This document shows positions 25,769 through 36,900 of a stretch of 38,157 bases of DNA, piece by piece. The notes beneath the pieces are model-generated. The model was not told the origin of the DNA. It saw only the letters and a program-made list of their open reading frames with translations, and made no database searches. A program made the position numbers and the translations under genes. Every line of letters starts with the position of its first letter. Position 1 is the stretch's first letter. The stretch covers positions 1 through 38,157 of IMG/VR virus record IMGVR_UViG_3300043775_002644. The stretch is one strand, 5' to 3'. This DNA comes from a virus. Its lineage: Duplodnaviria; Caudoviricetes.

Positions 25769-26110
25769 CTATCTAATTTCCGTTTTTACTTTATCACCAT
25801 CAAAAATATGTTCCAAGGCATTTATAATGCTTTCTTCATCATTATCTACAGAACAATGATGAACGCATTTTTTTGGTAAATTTTTTATATTACTTTCTTC
25901 TAAATCTTTTTTAAATTCTTGCCACTCATTAGAATTTATAACGTCTGTTATTTTTTCAATTCTATCTAAATGAAATTTATCTTTTATTAATTTTTTAAAA
26001 TTAGGATCTTCATCTCCCTCTGGCCCACACCAACAACAAGGTATTAAAAAACCTTTTGCATTAGTAGCAAGTTCTTGTTTATAAAAACATTGAGGTTTAA
26101 TTTTCAACAT
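25769..26110 (-). CDS. Stand-alone SPASM/twitch-like Fe-S domain protein
   Basis: PQC..NAKGFLIPCCWC ... DVINSNEW ... PKKCVHHC; overlaps the end of the radical SAM gene by 14 nt. Confidence 0.72.
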   Translation of the reverse strand: MLKIKPQCFYKQELATNAKGFLIPCCWCGPEGDEDPNFKKLIKDKFHLDRIEKITDVINSNEWQEFKKDLEESNIKNLPKKCVHHCSVDNDEESIINALEHIFDGDKVKTEIR

Positions 26111-26714
26111 AAAATTGTTTATTTTTTGGTTTTAATGAGTCATTTTTACGTTCAAATCTATTAGATAACATTAATCTTAAAATAAGTCCTTCTTTTTTAG
26201 CAATCTGTTTAGCTGTTTCAATATCGTTTTCATTATAAGAAAAAATAATATATTGCCAAATTGGTTTTTTATATAATATTTTTTTTGCTAATAACATTAT
26301 TTCAAACAATCTGTCTCCATTTTGATTTTTTCTATACAAATAACTATCTTTCGGTAAACCACTTATTCCAAAATGCCAATTTGCCCATTTATTTGTTTCA
26401 AAGGCTTCTTTATACCATTCTAAAGATTTATGAGAATTTGCCGTGTGTACAGATAAAGATTTTTTAAAAACATTACATAAATTTAAAAAAATTATAAAAT
26501 TAGGATGATTTACAGGGTCGGAAATTTGACCACAAAAATTCAAAGTATCAAAATGATTTAATATTTTTATAAAGGCATCATAAGACATATCCAATCCTTC
26601 TACAACTTTATTTTGTTTGGCATAAAAATATTGCCTAGAACACTTTGAACATTCTAATGGACATCTAAACGTTATATCTAAATTAATACTTTTTCTATTT
26701 TCAAAATAACTCAT
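26097..26714 (-). CDS. Radical SAM protein (short core domain)
   Basis: LDITFRCPLECSKC (CxxxCxxC), FCGQISDP, VHTAN, FGISG..YR, WQYIIFSYNE. Confidence 0.88.
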   Translation of the reverse strand: MSYFENRKSINLDITFRCPLECSKCSRQYFYAKQNKVVEGLDMSYDAFIKILNHFDTLNFCGQISDPVNHPNFIIFLNLCNVFKKSLSVHTANSHKSLEWYKEAFETNKWANWHFGISGLPKDSYLYRKNQNGDRLFEIMLLAKKILYKKPIWQYIIFSYNENDIETAKQIAKKEGLILRLMLSNRFERKNDSLKPKNKQFYVEN

Positions 26715-27337
26715 TTTCCTATAACCATAAATCGTGTCATACCATTATCTAATACTTTTGAACCTGAAAAATATATTTCCTTTATATTACCTTGTTCGGC
26801 CAATTCATTAACATTAACTACACAATTTATATGATCTTCATAAGAGTTGTCATTAGTTGATTGTAAAACATATATACTATTTAAAGTTGGATTTAATTCT
26901 TTAATTTTTTTCATATGATACATATGTTCACAAGAAGTGTTTACTATCATATCATAACTTTCATTAAATGGTTTTATGAAAACGTTTCGTGTAAATGCTT
27001 GATATTTACCTTGTTCTTTATATCTTCTATTAAATTTATAACTTATTATTTGTGCGTCTTTATCTATATCATAATTATGTACTATGTCCACATTTAAATT
27101 ATCTATTAACAAAGGTGTAATGTATTGTGCAAACCACCCTCCTATGAGTGCAACTTTTTTATAATGTAAATTTAATTTTTCTAATTCACTTGCAATCCAT
27201 AATTTAGATTGTAACTGTGATATTGTAGACGAGTCCGATAATCTTTGATAGGCCCAAGGTCTTTGTTTTTCTGTTTCAGACCAAGCTCTACTCCAATTAT
27301 TAGCAACATCAGGTGTATATTTAATATAGTCTACCAT
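26711..27337 (-). CDS. Class I SAM-dependent methyltransferase-like protein
   Basis: SKLW, VALIGGWF (motif I-like), YDID (motif II), YDMIVNTSCEHM, VLQS, DHINCV, RFMVIG. Confidence 0.7.
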   Translation of the reverse strand: MVDYIKYTPDVANNWSRAWSETEKQRPWAYQRLSDSSTISQLQSKLWIASELEKLNLHYKKVALIGGWFAQYITPLLIDNLNVDIVHNYDIDKDAQIISYKFNRRYKEQGKYQAFTRNVFIKPFNESYDMIVNTSCEHMYHMKKIKELNPTLNSIYVLQSTNDNSYEDHINCVVNVNELAEQGNIKEIYFSGSKVLDNGMTRFMVIGK

Positions 27338-28062
27338 AATTGTTTTATTTCATCAATCTCGTACATATGTTCATTATTTTTAGTGTCAGCACTATTATTA
27401 AATAAACAAATTTTATGATCTGTTCTTAATTTTTTTAAATTCATATCTTCAGGAAATATATTACCTTTATACCAAGAATACACATCACCTTTAGGATATA
27501 CATTAAAAAAACTTTCATTTTCTTCCCACATATTATAAAAAAAGTGATTATAATAATTATCTATTGTTCTATAAGTGAAAAATATAACTTCTGAATTTTT
27601 TGTAACGTGATCGTATATCGGCTTTAACTGTCCTCTATTCCAACGTACTACTGATGAATTTAAAGGAGTTGACATAATTTTACCATAATTTTTTTTACAA
27701 TTGTCTATATCATTCCAATAACCTTTCACAATGTAAGGTCTACTCATTTCTAAATCAAAAAAATATTTTAAATCTTGATGTATTAATATATCTAAGTCCA
27801 AATATAAAAATTTATTACCTTTAATAGGAAACAAATCTTCATTAAAAATATATAATTTTCTATAAGCCCAAAACTGTTTTGGTGTATAATATTTGTCCCA
27901 AAAATTAGGACATAATATATCGTATTCTTTTGTTGGATTATCTGTTATACAGTAAAAGTTAAAAGGTACAGAACAATTTTTTTCTATTTGAGATTTTAAT
28001 TTCTCAACATAGTCATCATATTTTGTGCCCCACTTAACACACAGTATAGTGTTTTCTATCAT
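27331..28062 (-). CDS. GT-A glycosyltransferase-like protein
   Basis: ILCVKWGTKY..YVEKL, FYCITD, LYLDLDILI (DxD), LNSSVVRW, ICLFN. Confidence 0.82.
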   Translation of the reverse strand: MIENTILCVKWGTKYDDYVEKLKSQIEKNCSVPFNFYCITDNPTKEYDILCPNFWDKYYTPKQFWAYRKLYIFNEDLFPIKGNKFLYLDLDILIHQDLKYFFDLEMSRPYIVKGYWNDIDNCKKNYGKIMSTPLNSSVVRWNRGQLKPIYDHVTKNSEVIFFTYRTIDNYYNHFFYNMWEENESFFNVYPKGDVYSWYKGNIFPEDMNLKKLRTDHKICLFNNSADTKNNEHMYEIDEIKQLW

Positions 28063-28080
28063 AATATAAATTATAAAATA

Positions 28081-28554
28081 TTAGAAACTATTAAAAATTT
28101 TTATAGCTTCGCTTATTGTTACAGCTGATCGTAATTGTGTTTTTAAATCTTCATTAGCACTGTTTTTTATTTTATCAGTATCAAAAGCTTTTAATTTAAA
28201 TGTATATAATATTTCTAAGTGTTTTTGATCTTCAGCATTAAAATTCATCATAGAATTAAAGAAAAGGTTTCTTACATCTTTTAATTCAGTTTCTACTTTT
28301 TCAAGCGCTTGTTGTTGAAAATCTGATATTGTATCTTTTAATTGTTTTCTATAGTTATTTAATCTCTTGATTGTTGAACTTGTCAATGCCTCTATATCAT
28401 ATTCTTTAATCAAATCTTGAAAATCTGGATGTGAATTGTCGTGTTTTAAATAATGACTAAATGCTTTTTCGCCTTCTTTATAAATTACTTCAATTGTAGA
28501 TTTTTGTTGATCCGTATAATATGCTTCTATAATTTTTCCACTAAAAATTGCCAT
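28081..28554 (-). CDS. Hypothetical protein (possible fibre-assembly chaperone)
   Basis: 157-aa ORF with a beta-rich N-terminus and helical C-terminus; function suggested by position only. Confidence 0.65.
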   Translation of the reverse strand: MAIFSGKIIEAYYTDQQKSTIEVIYKEGEKAFSHYLKHDNSHPDFQDLIKEYDIEALTSSTIKRLNNYRKQLKDTISDFQQQALEKVETELKDVRNLFFNSMMNFNAEDQKHLEILYTFKLKAFDTDKIKNSANEDLKTQLRSAVTISEAIKIFNSF

Positions 28555-28556
28555 AG

Positions 28557-28874
28557 TTAAACCTCCGCTTTACGTTTTGTAATTATTATATTGTTTGTTA
28601 TATTATGCCTGTCTGCCATTGACCAATATTGTAAACATACTGTGTTATTTAAATATCTTTCATAAGCCTCTTGTGATGACCACAAAGCAGCATAAGTGCT
28701 TTTCATACCATCTGATGTATTATCGGACCTTTCAGATAGTAATTCTCCTGCATCTTTATATTTTTGTTTTTCTCTTTTAAACAAATCGCCCAATAAACCT
28801 GCTTCGTTATTTTCTCCGTATAATTTAACTTCAACACTAGGTTTTTGAATTGTGGCAGTTACTAAGTATGGCAT
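28557..28874 (-). CDS. Hypothetical protein, possible dimeric alpha/beta-barrel (ABM-like) fold
   Basis: 105 aa; TYAALWSSQEAYERY resembles the W-x-S-x-E-A motif of ABM/Dabb proteins. Confidence 0.55.
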   Translation of the reverse strand: MPYLVTATIQKPSVEVKLYGENNEAGLLGDLFKREKQKYKDAGELLSERSDNTSDGMKSTYAALWSSQEAYERYLNNTVCLQYWSMADRHNITNNIIITKRKAEV

Positions 28875-28877
28875 AAT

Positions 28878-29813
28878 CTATACCTTATTTATCTTAAATA
28901 TATAAGTGTTGGCCGTGCTAGGCGAACCATTTGGAAATTCTTGAGCTCTGTAGTCATCAGCACCAACTTGTAGTGTTTGATAATTACCTAGGCCGCCTAT
29001 CAATATGGTATTAGCCACTGAAGAACCTCTGGCCGTACCAGAACCATCAAAATTATATTCTATTTTATTACCTAAAATAGATGATGCAGCTTCTCTACGT
29101 ATATAGTCCGTTAATAATGTTGTTATTTCTGCTTCAGAAAATTGTTTTACATTGTTATTACTATCTGCATATAAAGGAACTTGTGATAAAGTAACTACAG
29201 CACCGATTACAATATGTAAATAATAGTTTGTAATTGTAGTTGGTTGGTCTAATGCTTCTGGAATTCCTGCAGCTGAATATAAAGACGTATCAGCTCTTGT
29301 ATCTGTAAATACCGGTGTTGAAGATACTAATGATGCACCTGCCACCGATTCAGAAGTAGATAAAAAATATGTACCGCCTTGTGATGTTGTAGTAGAACCA
29401 CTTGTTAATGTTGTAATTGCTGGTGCAATAAATGTATCTATAAAATCTGTTGTGTTCATATGTTGTAAATTACCAGCTGAATTGTAATATAATGGAAATA
29501 ATTTTCCTGTATCAACGGCAGGTGTTATCGTAGCAGCTGTTTGTAAAATTCTTTGATATGCTACTGTTACAGTACTCGGTTCAGCTGTTGTAGCTTCAGA
29601 AGGAAAAGCAGTTACACTTGTTAAAGCCGCACCTGCTTGTAGTCTTGTGTCGTTAATGGCAGTTAAATTTCCACCGGAACCTGTTACTGATAATTGTTGA
29701 GAAGGATTTAAAGAATATTGGTAAATAGCAAGATTTTGAAGGTCGGTAATCATACCGGCGTCCATCTCTCTTAAATTACCTGATACAAAATATAAAGGTG
29801 TTCTTACTGCCAT
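28878..29813 (-). CDS. Virion structural protein with internal repeats
   Basis: Three PLY...(G/N)N(L/V) units (PLYFVSGNLREM, PLYYNSAGNLQHM, PLYADSNNNVKQF); Thr/Ser/Ala-rich; C-terminal DDYRAQEFPNG. Confidence 0.72.
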   Translation of the reverse strand: MAVRTPLYFVSGNLREMDAGMITDLQNLAIYQYSLNPSQQLSVTGSGGNLTAINDTRLQAGAALTSVTAFPSEATTAEPSTVTVAYQRILQTAATITPAVDTGKLFPLYYNSAGNLQHMNTTDFIDTFIAPAITTLTSGSTTTSQGGTYFLSTSESVAGASLVSSTPVFTDTRADTSLYSAAGIPEALDQPTTITNYYLHIVIGAVVTLSQVPLYADSNNNVKQFSEAEITTLLTDYIRREAASSILGNKIEYNFDGSGTARGSSVANTILIGGLGNYQTLQVGADDYRAQEFPNGSPSTANTYIFKINKV

Positions 29814-29830
29814 AATATATTATACATTTT

Positions 29831-30718
29831 CTAAGCACCTGCACCGTAAAGTGTTTTTAAAATGCCTCCAGTTGAATTTAATATTGATAATGTAACCACG
29901 CTTTTTAATTTTGCAGCAGCAACAGCTCCATCAGCTATTTTAGCTTCTACTATTGCACTGTCTAATAATTTTCCACCTGTTATACTACCAGTTAACATTG
30001 TATTTGAAACTGTACCAGTGTCGCCTGTTGTAATTAATGTACCTGTAATGTTTGGTACTGTTATTGTTCTATCTGCTGTAGGGTTTACAACAGTAATGGT
30101 AGTTTCAAAAGCATCGGCTGATGAACCTTCAAAAATTATTGAAGAATTAAATATAGGTGTACAATCAAAAACAAAAAGACTACTGTCTAATCTTGACTCT
30201 AAAGTAGGAACACCTGCAATTTCAGACATAGCTCCCAGGCCTGTAGCAGTGGCAATAGCATTACATCTTAATGTATCATTTATTAATAATCGTGTTGAAT
30301 CTGTTGAACGAATTGTATTACCAGCAAATTCTACGGTACCTATTGTGTGAACTGAACCTACGGCCGTTAAATTATTTGTTACTGTTAAATTATTTGGTAT
30401 AGTAACGTTGTTAGTTAAACTTACAGTCAATGTATCTGGTGAACTTACAACAGCATTGATTTGATTTGAAGTACCTCTTATATCAAATGTTTGACCGTTA
30501 CCTACAATTTGTGTAGAAGAACTTGAATCTCTTATTGTAAAACCTGAAGCAGCAAATGTTGTATTTGCAACTTCTACAACAGCACCAACAATAGATGTTG
30601 CTACGATACCGGCACCGGCTAATAGAGAAGGATCACCAAAGTCAACCTGAGTCAAATTATTTAATTTAACTCTTACTTGTTCTAGTGTATCTCCTGCGTT
30701 TATGACTGTGTATGCCAT
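29831..30718 (-). CDS. Fibre-like structural protein
   Basis: N-terminal INAGDTLEQVRVKLN; FEGSSADAFETTITVVNPTADRTITVPN module; KIADGAV..AKL repeats. Confidence 0.78.
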   Translation of the reverse strand: MAYTVINAGDTLEQVRVKLNNLTQVDFGDPSLLAGAGIVATSIVGAVVEVANTTFAASGFTIRDSSSSTQIVGNGQTFDIRGTSNQINAVVSSPDTLTVSLTNNVTIPNNLTVTNNLTAVGSVHTIGTVEFAGNTIRSTDSTRLLINDTLRCNAIATATGLGAMSEIAGVPTLESRLDSSLFVFDCTPIFNSSIIFEGSSADAFETTITVVNPTADRTITVPNITGTLITTGDTGTVSNTMLTGSITGGKLLDSAIVEAKIADGAVAAAKLKSVVTLSILNSTGGILKTLYGAGA

Positions 30719-30721
30719 TGT

Positions 30722-30940
30722 TTATTTTTTAATTACCTCTTTTAACAATTCTTTTATTTCAAACAACTCTTGCTTTAAAATATTTATCTCTTTTATAGTA
30801 TTTCTTATCTGATCGCCTTGTTGTTCACGTGATTTAATTCTATTCATATATATCTGATATTCATTTTTATTTGTATTTACAATAGCGTTTGATCTTATAT
30901 CTCTTACAAGTGAACTATGGCCTTCAACTTTAATTTTCAT
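30722..30940 (-). CDS. Conserved small coiled-coil protein of T4-like phages
   Basis: IKVEGHSSLVRD..SNAIVN followed by a coiled coil; the usual neighbour of the DUF4815 gene in cyanomyophages, from recall. Confidence 0.78.
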   Translation of the reverse strand: MKIKVEGHSSLVRDIRSNAIVNTNKNEYQIYMNRIKSREQQGDQIRNTIKEINILKQELFEIKELLKEVIKK

Positions 30941-30941
30941 A

Positions 30942-33900
30942 TTATGCTGCTAAAGCTATTCCTCTTAAATCTCTAATAATTGGAGGATAAGAAGAAATAC
31001 TACCTTTCATAACTATTTTAATTTGAAATGCCGTAAATGTGTTTAAGCCTGAAGCTGAATATTTGTATTCTTTAAATACACCATCTTGTTCAGCAGGAGT
31101 AACAGTTATATCTTCTGAACCATCACCATTAAATGCTATCCAAGATAAATCATTAATATTTCTTACTTCTTCAGCACCTGTAAGTCTAAAGAAAACTAGA
31201 ACTTCTGAACTTGATCTTACGTTTTGAGTTAATCTAACATCCAAAGCAGTAGATTCATTTTCTAAAGTAATTGGTCTTGTTACATAAACAGCTGCTGATG
31301 ATGTGCCTGTAGGACTTGTATCATCTATAAAGTTTGGTGTATTAGCTGATGTAGGATTATTTAATCTATTTTGCACAGCAACCATACTTGTGCGCTTAAC
31401 GTCTAACACTGGTGATATTTTTGTATTTGTAGTTGTTAATGTAAGATTTAAAAATAAAGATTTACTTTCACTGTTCATTTCATTTGATGCATTAATAGAA
31501 CTAGCAACCATTTGAGGTGCAGTAAAATAAATGTTATCATCAGGAACTACACTAATAGCATTTGATGCTGTTAATAAAGAAAATTCAGATTCAGAACCGT
31601 GTATTGATTTACCAGTTGTTGTTCTTATATTATAATTCATAGAAGTGCCTGGTACCGTCATTACACTTAAATTTAAACAAGCAACATCAAATAATCTATT
31701 TTCAGTTGCTGTTACAGTTGTGCCACCAATATCTCCCGTAGCAGTGGCCGTACCAGCTGTTGTAATATCATAACTATCTAAAGTTATATTTGAAATACTT
31801 GTGTATGTGCCGTTAATTTGTGCTGATGTTATACCATTGTAAGTACCTGCTGCCACTCCAGCAATTGTAACGTTATTGTTTACACCGTGCATTCCGTGAT
31901 TTTTATGGAATACTCTTATTACTCCTGAAGTATTTGTTGTTCTTAAAGGATTGTTCTGTAAAGTTTTTGTTGGTAAACTGTCATTAACAAGTGTAACTGT
32001 GCCTGTAACATTTTCAAATTCTGCACGATTAATTTTAAATTTTATATCTTCTTCTTGGTCGGCCGTCCAAGTTGAACCGTTTTGTGATTTAAAGAAAACA
32101 CCGGCATAAGGGTTTTCAGATATTGTTCTGTTTGAACCTATTTGTGTATCTCCTAATCTTGCAACAAAGGCATTATAACTATTACAATTACTTAATAAAC
32201 AAAAACTGTATTCTGTTTTTTCTTGTAAATAAACAGGAGAAGGAAATGTAAATTTTGTAGCTGTTGTAGCATCATCACTTATGCTTACTGAACTTGGATT
32301 TAATACAACTTCACCAAACGGTACAATTGTACGTGAAGGATAACCATTTACAACTTCTCTTATTTGCATTGTAATAGGAATATTTTCGTCTTTAGATTGG
32401 AAAAAACACTCTATAGATGTTACGAAAACACCAGCAGTATCATCAATTAAAAATGTTTGTGCAATAGGATCAACCCAACCTACAATTTCTTCAGTTGTTC
32501 TTGTTGATGTTCTTGTTATGCTTCTGGTATCATTTACATCTTGTCTTACTAATAATGGTTCTCTTGTTGATACAATAGTATTTTGTACTGTTTCTAAAGA
32601 TCCTCTAGCTATATAATCTGCTTCAGCAGAAGTTTCAACATCTGTTGATGAATTTGTAACTGAACTTGTTAATCTAAAAACACGTTGACCTGTTCTCCAT
32701 CTAGGGTTGTTATCATTATTAGGATCAGGAATAGCAAAAGTACCTGATACGGCACCGTTTGCATTTGTTACCATATTTCCTCCCAAAGAACCACCTGTAG
32801 GTGTGATGTATGATGTAATATCTACGTTATCAAAATAAGCATAAACTCTAGTATTAGGTTTCATTCTTGTAGCGGTAAAATTAATTGTTCTACTTCTTAT
32901 AAAAGGTATAAATGCTATATTTAATACTTTATCACCTAATGCTGTTCTTACAACTTGAGGAACTAAAACGGATCTAATTCCTGTTCTTGATTGTCCTATG
33001 TCTTGCGTAGTTGTTGTTGTGACATCAGCTAACACAGGTCTAGGTACTCTACCAAAAATTTCTCTTTGATTTGTTATTGTTGTTCCTGTTTCAGGTTTAC
33101 CTTGCCAAAAATCTTGCCATTCATTCCACACAGTTCCTATTTCTACTTGATCTAAATTAGGATTTCCTAAAGTAGTAACCAACGTATCAAAGGCTCCTGT
33201 TTGATTAACTAATAAATCAGGAACTCTATTTGTTTCTTTCCATTCGTCACCTGGAGGGTCTAGTGTAACTGAACCTGCCCAAGTGAATACGTTAAAAGGA
33301 TTTACATTTACATATTTACTTGCATAAGGTTGATTTATTATTGTAGTTTCAGTGTAGGGTAATGTAATTAAATCTCCTGTTTTTTGATAATTGGCGGCTG
33401 TTCTATCAGCTGCTAATATTGTTGTACCATCATCATCTGCTTCAATTAATTGTACAGATTGAGAATTGTGCATTGGTCTCACAAATCCACCTGCCATATC
33501 CATAGAAACTTTATAATCTAAATTTCCTACATCTCCTATTCCGTGTCCTGTAAAATTATCTACAATAAATCCGTTTTTAAATCTATCAAATCCTTCAGCA
33601 TCTTGTATTTGTAAAGATTGCGCTTGTGTTTCTAATAAAGATAATTGTGTGTAGTATTCTACGTTTTCAATTCTTTTTTCTAAACGGCCAATATCTCTCA
33701 TAGTATATCGTTTATTATCTTGTTTATCAATAACTATATCGTTTGTATCTAAAGTGTAAGCTCCTAAAAATACGGTATATAAGTGCATAGCATTTTCAAG
33801 CCCTTTTGGAATTTGTGGAGTTATATTACTAGCACCTTTAATTACTTTAAAATTGCCATCTTTATCTAAAAATATTTTATCAATTCTAGGTAAATAAAAC

Positions 33901-36900
33901 TCTAAATCTGTAGTAACATCTGAATTGAATTGCACAATATCAACTGTTGAATTTCCCGTACCACTATATTGTCTATCTTGTATTGAACTTATAACTGTAG
34001 ATGCATCATCTACTCTAGGTCTAAAATCTAAACAATCTCTTAAATCAAATTTTATACCTGTTGTATCAGAATTATATGTTGGTATATCTTCATAGTCTAT
34101 TACACCAGAATATGAATCAACATCAAAATAATCTCCTGAACCGTGTGAAAAGAAATCAAAATTAATTAATAATCTTCCGGTTGGTGCAATTGCACCTGTT
34201 TTTAATTTAATTCTACCTATATCATAAAAATTATCTCTTTGACCTGTGTCTAATTCAAATCTTGATGTAACATTTGTATCACTAGTTGTAGCTGGCGTAC
34301 TAAAGTTTGCGGCCATAAAAACAGAATTAATTTTAAATACGTCTGCTTTTGCTAATCCTATTACGCCTTGTTGTATTACTGCTTGAGAAGAAATAGCAAC
34401 TGTTTGATTGATGTTTAATGTTTTTGTTTTTGAACTTGCAACACCTCTTTGAACTGTTGCTAAAATTTTAACTTTATGTCCTGCATAATTAGCACCAAAA
34501 TCTAAAGTTAATGTTTTTCCTGTTGGTGAACCACCTCTTACGAATGTAGAAAATCCTTCGTGATTATTTCCTGATAAACTTAATACGTTTCCTACGGCGC
34601 CTGAAGGACCTGCACCTAATGTCATAATAGAAACTGAAAAATCTTTTTCTGTTAGAGCAGGAAATGTTTCATTTGTGCCGGCTGTAATTGTCACGTCACC
34701 ATTTGCTGATAATGTACCTGTAAAGTGTCGTCTTACGTTAAAGTTTGTATCTGTAACACTACCATTAGCTGTAGTTTTTAATGTTTTAATTCTTTTATTA
34801 GGTAATTTAAATATTGAAATATTTTTATTTGAACCTTGTAATTTACCACGATTTCTAAATGCAACTGTTTTAGTAGAAACATCAGAACCACCAACTGCTG
34901 TCAATAATTGTAAACTTGTATTTGAGGAAATAGATTCTACTATTCTAGTAATTGTATCACCGGCATCATCAGTAAATGAAATTGAATCGCCAATTTTTAA
35001 TTCAGTTAAAAATAAAGTACCAAATCCTGTTACTGTTGTTCCACTGTTTGCAACTGATATAGAACCAAATATAGGATATCTTTCTCCATATGTTGTATCT
35101 ATAGCAACGTCTGCCGTATAAGTAGGCGAACCTGCCATACCAACTTGTTTAACTTGTGTGAAATCAAAAGTTTGAACACCTTTAAATCCGTATCTTTCAT
35201 TTTGTATAACTGCCGTTGCAGCTGAAGAAGTACCTGTAATTGTTTCTCCTTCTATAAATGTACCTGTTATATTATTTAAAACTGTAACACCGTGTGCGGC
35301 CGTAGGCGCTGAACTGAAAGAAGTTACGTTTACTGGAGTTGTTCCAGCAGCATCAAATAATTGAAAAGTATTTGTTGTAGGATTTTTAACTGTAAATACT
35401 GTGCCTGGTGTATATGCAACAGAATCAATAACAAAAGAACCACCTGTTAAAGTGATTTGCATTCCTTCTTTAAATGAGTGTGAGTTTAATGTTACAACTC
35501 CAGGACTTGCAACTGTAATACTTGAAACTGCTGCCGATTTTGTATTAGATATAGATTGAACAAAACCAAAAGCTCCTGATGTGCCACCTGTTACTTTTTC
35601 TCCGTTAGAAAAAGCAGGCGCTGTTTTTACGTTTAAATGTGTAAACATTTCTACATCAAATAAAAAATGTTTATAAACTGCACTTGTTAAGGCTGAACTA
35701 GAAAATGTGTTTGCACTGGCCGTTCCGTTGTTTAATTCAAAGCCTCTTGACTTAGCACGACCAATTTGTGGTATGGTAACATCTATTGTTGATTGTTGTG
35801 TACCTCTTGTGACTGTAAATGTATCAAATAGATTAACATTTTTAAATGCTTCAACATCACCAGAAACAAATCCAATATCAGGTGAACCGAATACGTTTGT
35901 AACGTTTACAAAATTTTCTACATCAAATCTTGTATTAAAATTATTTTCTGTACCAAAATCTCTAGCTTTATCTATATCAACAAAAGTTGTTCCTATAGTT
36001 TCAATTTCATAACCTTTTACATATGCTTTTCCAGGAGATAAACCTGCAGCTAATTTTGTTTCAACACCACCATTACCTGATGTGTAAATACCTCTATTAT
36101 TTCCTGATATTAAATGTTCTCTTATATCTAAATCAAATTCTTTTACCGTGTAATCTCCAGATTCATCAAACGTTCTTCTTGCTAGTGTATCTTCTAATAC
36201 AGCATATTCTGTTGAACGAACTTGGTTTTGTCTAATACCATTTGATAATCTTAATAATTCTACAAAGTCGGCATCATCTGTTGATGTGATTGTTTTTTTA
36301 GATAACGTTAAATCTATTTTGAATCTGTGAGCACCTGGTGCATTTACGTTTGATGAACCTTGAGCATTATCAACTAAGGTAACATCTTCGTTAGAAGTAA
36401 CAAAAGATTCAACAACTGTTAAACCTATTCTATAACTTGGTGTATTTGTATATTTGTCAAGTATTAATGTTTGTTCTAATACTGAAACGTGAAAACCATT
36501 TATGTAATAAACTCCTGCAGCTATACTAGCAGCAGAACCAGTTGCTGTTGAATTTACAACAGCAGTTGCTAAAACTGTTGCAACACCTACTGTTCTGGCT
36601 TGTATTGTTTCACCATTAGTAAAAGAAAAAGATGTATTGTTTGTTCCTGTTTTAGTATATTTTACATATAAAGTATCTGGATCTGTACCGTCTGTTACAA
36701 CAGCGTTGACACAAATACCTCTAACACCTGATGTAACACCTGTTAATTCTTTACCAATATATTCAGCAACTGTAGCAAATGTTTTAGATGTAAGTTTTAC
36801 AGCATAGTAATCTAAATCAAAAGCAATTTCTCCTGGAAGAACCATTGCACCTTTTTCAAAAAGATGGTCTGATATTCTTTCAATTTGATTTTGAAGAATT

